Shown here: piece after piece, positions 57,644-64,000 of the stretch
Layout: every line of letters starts with the position of its first letter
Numbering within the stretch: the stretch's first letter is position 1
NCBI GenBank assembly: GCA_963786935.1
Contig: CAWBAN010000004.1
Coordinates: forward strand, 128,001 to 192,000
DNA length: 64,000 nucleotides
Source of the DNA: an uncultured bacterium
GTDB lineage: Bacteria > Krumholzibacteriota > Krumholzibacteriia > Krumholzibacteriales > Krumholzibacteriaceae
Direction: 5' to 3'
Position numbers and translations under genes: made by a program
Notes under the pieces: generated by a model
What the model was told of the DNA's origin: nothing
The model's database searches: none
What the model saw: only the letters and a program-made list of their open reading frames with translations

Positions 57644-59929
57644 ATGAAATTCAGGATAACTGGCATCTGTATCGCTTTGCTCCTGCTTTTCACGAACTCC
57701 GCGTTTGCCCAGTGGCAGCTGCAGTATGACGTGCAGCAGAACTACAGCTTCTTGGCCGTCCATTTCGGCAGCGCGTCGGTCGGCTACATCGTCGGCTCGG
57801 GCGGCATCATCTTCAAGACGATCAACGCCGGTCTCAGTTGGACCCAGATGACGTCTCCGACGACGAACTCGCTCAACGACGTATACGCCGTGAGCGCGAC
57901 GGATGCGTGGGCCGTCGGCGCGGCCGGGACCATTCTCCACACGACGGACGGCACGAACTGGAACGTCGTCGCGACGGCCGGTCTCACCGTGTCGCTCTAC
58001 GGCGTGTGGGGCGCCGGCTCGACCGTGTGGATCGGCGGCGGCGCCGATAACGCCGCATGCACGATCCGCTGGACGACCGACGGCGGCACCACGTGGGTCG
58101 CTCCCACGACGAACCCGTCGAACGATATGTGCACGGACATCAGCTTCGCCGACGCGCTCAACGGCGTCGCCGCGATCGACGCCGGGGCCGGCAGCGGAAA
58201 TTCGCTGATGTACACGACGGACGGCGGCGTTAACTGGACGCTCTCGGTCTGCAACTACGGAGCCTATCCGTACACGCGCAGGGATATCGAGGCGGTCCGC
58301 GCCGTGTCCGCGACGACCTCCATCGCCACCGGATGGGGTTCGACCGTGGGCGGACAGCCGACGATCATCCTCGTGTCGACGAACGGCGGCGCGAACTTCA
58401 ACGCCCCCGATCCGAGCTATGCCTGGAACACCTACGCATACGGCTTCAACGTCACCGTGTTCACGAGCGGCGACGCGATCATCGTGGGCGGCGGCTCGCA
58501 GCTGGCCGGCTTCACGATTCGCGGAACGGGAACGGGCTATCCGACCTGGACCCGCCAGCCGGCGTTCTACGGCGAGGCGATCAACGACGTGTGCGCCATT
58601 CCGGGCACCTTCAACATCGTCGCCGTGGGAGACGCGGGCCTCATCGCCTACTCGTCGAACTACGGCGTGACCTGGTCGTTCGCGTACGACGGCGGAATGC
58701 CGTTCCAGGGCGTGCAGAAGTTCATCAGCCTGGGGAAGAACAGGGTCCTGGCGGCGGGCGCCGGCGGCGCGATTCTCGACTTCGATCTCGTGACCCCGCG
58801 GCACTCGTATCGTGTGGCCTCTCCGAACAACTGGGGACCGACGACGGTCGGCGATTTCGACTACGTCGCCGATCCCAACAATGCGTCCAACGCCGTCATC
58901 TATTTGAGCGGCGCGACGAAATACCTCGTCAAGTCCTACGATGACGGGTTGACCTGGACGGAGCTCCAGCACACCAATGCCCTCCAGGACGGCCTGCTCG
59001 GCATGTACTGGTTCAGTCCGGACACCGGCATCGTCGTGGGCCACAAGCTCGCCGGAACGTCGAGCCGCGACGAGACCATCTGGAAGACGGTCGACGGCGG
59101 CGTCACCCTCACCGAAGTGCTCATGGGCACGATCCCGGGGACCGTGGCGCGCGAATGGAAGGCCGTCGATTTCTCGCCGGTGAACCGCAACATCGGCGTC
59201 GTCGTGGGAACGCATAACAAGGCGCGTTACACGACGGACGGCGGCGTCACGTGGCCGCTCGCGACGGAGAATATCGCCGACACCAGCGTCGTTCTCGAAG
59301 CGGTGGTCATGCTCAATTCCTCGACCGGTTTCGCCGTGGGCGGCAAGGGCACGCTCGTCAAGACGACGAACGGCGGCGCCAGCTGGGTCGTGCAGACCGT
59401 TCCCTGGGGCACCACGCTCAACCTGCTCGACATCGATTTCAGCACGCCGAACCGGCTCTGGGTGTCGGGCGAGAACCAGCTCTGCTACTACTCGGCCGAC
59501 GGCGGCGCGACCTGGAACAACATCAGCGTGACGACGATTCCGGCGGCGGATGACGTCATGACGGTGTTCCTGCACGGACACAGCGGGCTTCTCTGGGCCG
59601 GCTGCCACTATTCCCGGGTGTTCAGCCGCGACGACGCGGCGGCGACGGACACGGACGCGCCGAAGCTGCCGTTCGCGCTGAACCAGAACTACCCGAATCC
59701 GTTCAATCCGTCGACGCGGATCGATTTCGCGGTCGACCTGGACGGCCGGGTGACTCTCAACGTCTATGACGTGAGCGGCAGGCTCGTCGCGACGGTCATG
59801 GACGAGAATCTCAAGGCGGGCGCGTACAACGTGACCTTCAACGCTGACAAGCTCGCGACCGGCGTTTACTTCTACAAGCTCTCGACGAGCGCCGGGGACA
59901 TTACGCGGAAGATGGTCGTCGTCCGGTAG
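57644..59929 (+). CDS. Secreted YCF48/BNR(Asp-box)-repeat beta-propeller protein with T9SS-like CTD
   Basis: Many T/S-x-D/N-G-G-x-T/S-W repeats; QNYPNPFNP...TGVYFYKL. Confidence 0.85.
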   Translation: MKFRITGICIALLLLFTNSAFAQWQLQYDVQQNYSFLAVHFGSASVGYIVGSGGIIFKTINAGLSWTQMTSPTTNSLNDVYAVSATDAWAVGAAGTILHTTDGTNWNVVATAGLTVSLYGVWGAGSTVWIGGGADNAACTIRWTTDGGTTWVAPTTNPSNDMCTDISFADALNGVAAIDAGAGSGNSLMYTTDGGVNWTLSVCNYGAYPYTRRDIEAVRAVSATTSIATGWGSTVGGQPTIILVSTNGGANFNAPDPSYAWNTYAYGFNVTVFTSGDAIIVGGGSQLAGFTIRGTGTGYPTWTRQPAFYGEAINDVCAIPGTFNIVAVGDAGLIAYSSNYGVTWSFAYDGGMPFQGVQKFISLGKNRVLAAGAGGAILDFDLVTPRHSYRVASPNNWGPTTVGDFDYVADPNNASNAVIYLSGATKYLVKSYDDGLTWTELQHTNALQDGLLGMYWFSPDTGIVVGHKLAGTSSRDETIWKTVDGGVTLTEVLMGTIPGTVAREWKAVDFSPVNRNIGVVVGTHNKARYTTDGGVTWPLATENIADTSVVLEAVVMLNSSTGFAVGGKGTLVKTTNGGASWVVQTVPWGTTLNLLDIDFSTPNRLWVSGENQLCYYSADGGATWNNISVTTIPAADDVMTVFLHGHSGLLWAGCHYSRVFSRDDAAATDTDAPKLPFALNQNYPNPFNPSTRIDFAVDLDGRVTLNVYDVSGRLVATVMDENLKAGAYNVTFNADKLATGVYFYKLSTSAGDITRKMVVVR

Positions 59930-59958
59930 CCCCCGGACCGGGATGACCGCATGATCGA

Positions 59959-59984
59959 GGAAGGGGCGGCCTCCCGCCCCTTCC
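59959..59984 (+). terminator. Hairpin after the YCF48-like gene
   Basis: GGAAGGGGCGG-CCTC-CCGCCCCTTCC. Confidence 0.55.
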
Positions 59985-60094
59985 ACCTCTAATCACCCCG
60001 TGCGTCCTTGCGGAATCGCCCGCCGCGTAGTAAGTTTCGGACTGGACATATTTTGATTCGTGAACGTGTGGCTGATTCGAAAGAAGGATTCGTG

Positions 60095-63000
60095 ATGAGA
60101 AAGACCGTGCTTTTTTCGCTCGTGATCGCGTGCGCGCTCCTCGTCTCGCTCGCGCACGAGACCGTCTCGAGCGAAGGCAACGAGCCGATACGGCTCATGC
60201 GCCGCCCCGACATCAATGGCGGACGCATCGTATTCACGTGGGCGGGAGACCTTTGGATAGTAAGCGAGGAAGGCGGTATCGCGCGGCGCATCACCGTGCA
60301 CGAGGGTAACGAGAATAACGCGAAATTCTCTCCCGACGGGAAGTGGATCGCGTTTTCGGGAGACATCAACGCCCGCCCGGGCAGCGTCTGCGTGATTCCC
60401 GCCGAGGGAACGGGCGAGCCGGCGCAGCTCACCTTCCATGCCGCGGGAGGCAGCCCCGTCTGCTGGACGCGCGACGGGAAGAGCGTCATCTACTCCTCCA
60501 CGCAGGAATCGTTCGTTCGCTTCTTCAAGAAGCTCTTCACCGTGCCGGCGGCGGGCGGGCTCCCCGTCGAGCTCCCGATCGGCAAGGGGAGCTTCGCGTG
60601 CTATTCCCCGGACGGTTCGAAGCTCGCCTTCAACCGCAGCTCCGATTCGTTCTGGTGGTGGAAGCGCTATAAGGGGAGCGCGAATCAGGACGTCTGGATC
60701 TACGATTTCAAGGCGGACACCTTCACGAAGCTCACGACCTGGGAAGGGAACGACGCCTGGCCGATGTGGACGGGCGACCGCATCTATTTCGCCTCCGACC
60801 GCGCGGGCGACGTGAACAACATCTACTACTACGATCTCGTCACGAAAGAAACGAAGCAGCTCACGAAATTCGAGAAGCACGGGGTCACGTGGCCCTCGAT
60901 GAGCGCGGACGGCGCGCGGATCGTCTTCGAACGCGACGCGCGTCTCTACGTTCTCGACACGGCGACCGGCGAGAGCCGCGAGGTCGTCGTGAGCGCGCCG
61001 ATCGATACGCGGACCGACATGGTGAGCTATCTGAGCCCGATCCAGTACCTCAGCGGTTTCGACGTTTCGCCGTCGGCCAAGAGGATCGTCTTCGAGGCCC
61101 GGGGCGATCTCTATACGATCCCCGAGGAGCACGGCGACGTTCGGAACCTCACCGAGTCATCGGGCACGCGCGACGGGGATCCCTCGTGGTCTCCGGACGG
61201 CAAATGGATCGCGTACGTCTCGGACAAGAGCGGGGACGACGAGGTCTATCTCGTCGACCAGATGGGGAAGGAACCGGAGAAGAAGCTCACCTCGACCGGA
61301 CATTTCAAGTCCGGGCTCACCTGGTCTCCCCTGAGCGACAAAATGGCTTTCACGACCGAGGAGAACGCGCTCTATCTTCTGAATAAGGACGGCGGCGATC
61401 CCAAGCTCATCGCCAAGAACGAGCACCGCGAGATCACCAGCTATTCGTGGGCGCCGGACGGCGCCTGGATCGCGTACGATTTCTCGGCGCGCAACCGCAA
61501 CCGCGACGTCTTCATCTATAACGTGAAGTCGGGAGAAAACCACCAGATCACGATCGACCTCGGCGACGATTGGGAGCCGGTCTTCACGCCGGACGGGAAG
61601 TACCTCCTCCTCATGACGGCGCGCATCAACGATTCGCCGGCGCTCGCCCGCCTGAGCCTGCTCCCTGAGAGCGAGGCGCCGTTCGAGTTCAAGGACGACG
61701 AAGAGACGGGCGTGACGGCGGAAGAGGATTCCGGCGACGAAGAGGACGCCGACAAGGAAGACGCCGGTGAGGACGAGGGAGGCAAAGGGAAAGGCAAGAA
61801 GGGAAAAGAGGAGGCGAAGAAGGACAAGGAAAAGGTCGTCGTCAAGATCGACTTCACGAATATCGAGAGCCGGATCCGGCGCATTCCGAAGGTCGCCGGC
61901 ATCGGCATGCACAACATCCAGGCGACGGAGAAGTATTACTACTATCTCGTTCAAGGCGCTCGGATGATGCTGTTCAGGCCCAGCTACGACCTCTACATGT
62001 TCAAAGTGGACAAGGTGAAGAGCGAGAAGATCGCCTCGTCCATCGTCACCTACGGCATCGCCGCGAACAAGGAAAAGCTCGTGATCTGGGACGGCTCCGA
62101 TTTCACGTTCGTGAAGGTCGGGAGCAAGATGCCGGTGGCCAAGAAGGGCGATTCCGACGTCGAAGACACGAAGGAGAAGTACGACTTCGCGAAGCGCACC
62201 CGCATGAAGCTCGACCGTCAGGCCGAATGGCGGCAGATCTTCAACGAGTCGTGGCGCATGGTGAAATACAACTTCTACGATCCGAAGCTCCACGGCGTCG
62301 ACTGGAACGGGGTCAAGGAATACTACGGGAGCCTGCTCCCGTACGTGCGGACGAGAGGCGAGCTCAACATACTCCTCAACGAGATGGTCGGCGAGCTCAA
62401 CGCGTCGCACCAGGGGGCGAGCGGCGGCGACGAGGTCGCGCCTCCCGCGGCATCGATGGCGCATCTCGGCGCCAAGATCGAGCTCGACGAGCGGACCGGT
62501 TATCCGCGCATCGTCAGGATCTACCACGGGGATAAGGCCGCGGCGACGACGACCGATCGGTCGCCTCTCGAGAACGACTACGTGAAGGTGAAAGAGGGGG
62601 ATTACCTCCTCGCGATCGACGGGAACGAGCTCAAGCCCTTCGAGAATTTCTACCAGTACCTCGTCGATAAGACGGCGAACAAGATCACGATCAAGACGAG
62701 CTCGAAGCCCGAGGTGAAGGGCGCCGTCGAAACGACCTTCATGCCGCTGTTCTACGACACGAAGCTTCAGTACAACGACTGGGCATGGCGCAACGAGAAG
62801 TTCGTCGACGAGAAGAGCGGCGGACGGATCGGCTACATGCATCTCGCCGACATGGAGACCGCCGGCCTGGGCGAGTTCCGCGAGAAATTCGAGAAGTACC
62901 GCTACAAGGACGCGATCATCATCGACGTCCGGTACAACGGCGGCGGGAGCATCGACGAGCGGATCATCGACTATCTCGAACGCAGGCCCTACCACATCGA

Positions 63001-63418
63001 GCAGACGCGCAACCAGTCTCCGGAGCCGCGTCCGACCGAAGTGTTCATGGGGGACATCGTCGTGCTCATCAACCAGTATTCGTACTCCGACGCCGAGGTG
63101 TTCCCGAGCGCCGTCAAGGAGCGCGGTCTCGGCACCCTCATCGGCGTGCCGACCCTCGGATTCGTGATCGCCGTGGAGGGGCACCCGCTCGTCGACGGCG
63201 GCCAGATACGGAAGACGTTTATCGGAATCTGGGAGATCAGCACGGGCAAGCAGCTCGAAAGCAGAGGCGCCATTCCCGATATCTACGTCGACAGTCCGCC
63301 CGACATGGAGAAGGCCGGGAGGGACATGCAGCTCGAGAAGGCGATCGAGTTCCTCGCCGACAAGATCGCGAAGAAGGGTAAGGTCTTCGACTACACGCCG
63401 CAGATCGACAAGCGCTAG
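60095..63418 (+). CDS. Tricorn protease-like S41 peptidase (PD40 propellers, PDZ), exported
   Basis: FSPDGKWIAF repeats; EMVGELNASH; IGYMHL; IDVRYNGGG; SDAEVF; IGVPTLG. Confidence 0.92.
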   Translation: MRKTVLFSLVIACALLVSLAHETVSSEGNEPIRLMRRPDINGGRIVFTWAGDLWIVSEEGGIARRITVHEGNENNAKFSPDGKWIAFSGDINARPGSVCVIPAEGTGEPAQLTFHAAGGSPVCWTRDGKSVIYSSTQESFVRFFKKLFTVPAAGGLPVELPIGKGSFACYSPDGSKLAFNRSSDSFWWWKRYKGSANQDVWIYDFKADTFTKLTTWEGNDAWPMWTGDRIYFASDRAGDVNNIYYYDLVTKETKQLTKFEKHGVTWPSMSADGARIVFERDARLYVLDTATGESREVVVSAPIDTRTDMVSYLSPIQYLSGFDVSPSAKRIVFEARGDLYTIPEEHGDVRNLTESSGTRDGDPSWSPDGKWIAYVSDKSGDDEVYLVDQMGKEPEKKLTSTGHFKSGLTWSPLSDKMAFTTEENALYLLNKDGGDPKLIAKNEHREITSYSWAPDGAWIAYDFSARNRNRDVFIYNVKSGENHQITIDLGDDWEPVFTPDGKYLLLMTARINDSPALARLSLLPESEAPFEFKDDEETGVTAEEDSGDEEDADKEDAGEDEGGKGKGKKGKEEAKKDKEKVVVKIDFTNIESRIRRIPKVAGIGMHNIQATEKYYYYLVQGARMMLFRPSYDLYMFKVDKVKSEKIASSIVTYGIAANKEKLVIWDGSDFTFVKVGSKMPVAKKGDSDVEDTKEKYDFAKRTRMKLDRQAEWRQIFNESWRMVKYNFYDPKLHGVDWNGVKEYYGSLLPYVRTRGELNILLNEMVGELNASHQGASGGDEVAPPAASMAHLGAKIELDERTGYPRIVRIYHGDKAAATTTDRSPLENDYVKVKEGDYLLAIDGNELKPFENFYQYLVDKTANKITIKTSSKPEVKGAVETTFMPLFYDTKLQYNDWAWRNEKFVDEKSGGRIGYMHLADMETAGLGEFREKFEKYRYKDAIIIDVRYNGGGSIDERIIDYLERRPYHIEQTRNQSPEPRPTEVFMGDIVVLINQYSYSDAEVFPSAVKERGLGTLIGVPTLGFVIAVEGHPLVDGGQIRKTFIGIWEISTGKQLESRGAIPDIYVDSPPDMEKAGRDMQLEKAIEFLADKIAKKGKVFDYTPQIDKR

Positions 63419-63440
63419 CGGGCGCACGCGCCGCGAATGC

Positions 63441-63474
63441 GAAGAGGGCCGGAGCAAGTGCTCCGGCCCTCTTC
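63441..63474. terminator. Perfect hairpin between convergent genes
   Basis: GAAGAGGGCCGGAGCA-AG-TGCTCCGGCCCTCTTC. Confidence 0.65.
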
Positions 63475-63489
63475 CGTTGCATGTATGAA

Positions 63490-63647
63490 GGCGCATACAC
63501 TATCGCTCCGAACTCAGTCGCAGAGCCTCCAATGAGTTCGTCGCGATAGTGTATGCGCCAGTTGTATGCCCCGATACCGGTGCCGACATTCCCGCGACGA
63601 GCCCATTGGAGCCCTGCGACTGGGCTAGGAGCGGGAATGTCGGCACC
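63490..63647. repeat. Repeat family A: two hairpin copies in opposite orientation (63490-63559 and 63579-63647)
   Basis: Same conserved loop as the copies at 1423 and 10138, with different but self-complementary outer stems. Confidence 0.9.
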
Positions 63648-63672
63648 ATTGCCTTCGCGCGCTGTCGGAACG

Positions 63673-64000
63673 CTACTTCCCGCGGCGCGGCTTTTTGCGG
63701 GCCGGCGCCGGGGCTTGCGTCTTCCTCGCCATCATCCGCGCGTAGTCCTTCACGGCCTTCCACTGTCCCTCGCCGTGGAGCCCCGCCTCCTCGAGCACCT
63801 TGTGGGCCTGGCCGCTGCCGAGGAAGCGCCCCTTCGTGAAAGCGTGGAGCGTGCGCTTGCGCCCTTCCTTCGACGTGATCCAGCGGTACATCGTCGGGAG
63901 CGTGAAGCCCGTGATTCCCATCGCCTCGGCAGCGAGAGCCGCGGGGAATATCCGCTCCTGCTCGGCCGCGGGGAGCCGCGAGAAGAGCTCGGCGCTCGAC
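63673..64000 (-). CDS. C-terminus of a gene running out of the window, probably transketolase-like
   Basis: Open frame to the window edge; ...FLGSGQAHKVLEEAGL resembles a transketolase C-terminal motif; Lys/Arg-rich tail. Confidence 0.5.
   Translation of the reverse strand, partial: SSAELFSRLPAAEQERIFPAALAAEAMGITGFTLPTMYRWITSKEGRKRTLHAFTKGRFLGSGQAHKVLEEAGLHGEGQWKAVKDYARMMARKTQAPAPARKKPRRGK

Noticed and set aside
61690..61835. Asp/Glu- then Lys-rich low-complexity stretch in the tricorn protease
   Set aside because: Charged linkers at this position are ordinary in bacterial tricorn homologues
13030..63496. Very long opposite-strand or alternate-frame ORFs (e.g. 21485-24979, 26780-30361, 34975-38319, 41898-45227, 46279-50628, 50612-53716)
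   Set aside because: Shadow ORFs expected from high-GC codon bias; Arg/Ala/Gly-rich, no motifs, and they overlap well-supported genes
1..64000. tRNA, rRNA, prophage or defence-system genes
   Set aside because: None recognised in the intergenic regions or ORF set

Overview
GC-rich diderm bacterial DNA. Six proteins carry C-terminal 'QNYPNPFN...' FlgD-Ig/T9SS type-A-like sorting domains, which points to the FCB superphylum (Krumholzibacteriota-like; inference). In order, the window holds: an acyl-CoA synthetase; an accessory block with two cytoplasmic arylsulfatases, a decapitated FixJ-type regulator, an IS91/ISCR transposase remnant with oriIS, and a lower-GC TPR gene; pfk; a YHS lipoprotein; a four-gene DUF11/OmpA operon (12.5-25.7 kb) behind a probable sigma54 promoter; a DegT aminotransferase; a secreted papain-like protease; an M28 peptidase; four tandem mosaic ~1030-aa secreted paralogues; nfu; an orphan pilin; an M19 dipeptidase; a barrel-fused SppA; a Fur-box-preceded TonB receptor/DUF4876/beta-barrel/YCF48 locus; a tricorn protease; and the end of a probable transketolase. 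The best candidate for a new system is the DUF11 operon. Its proteins carry a split Ig domain: an N-terminal two-strand 'tag' and a C-terminal incomplete 'catcher', with the Lys/Asp/Asn isopeptide triad divided between them. Tag and catcher are distributed as shaft (tag+catcher), tip (catcher only), chaperone/cap (catcher without Asp) and outer-membrane platform (tag without Asn + OmpA + barrel). This is the logic of a self-ligating, donor-strand-complemented pilus. Two families of structured intergenic repeats are also present. All family assignments come from motif recognition by eye, not from database searches.
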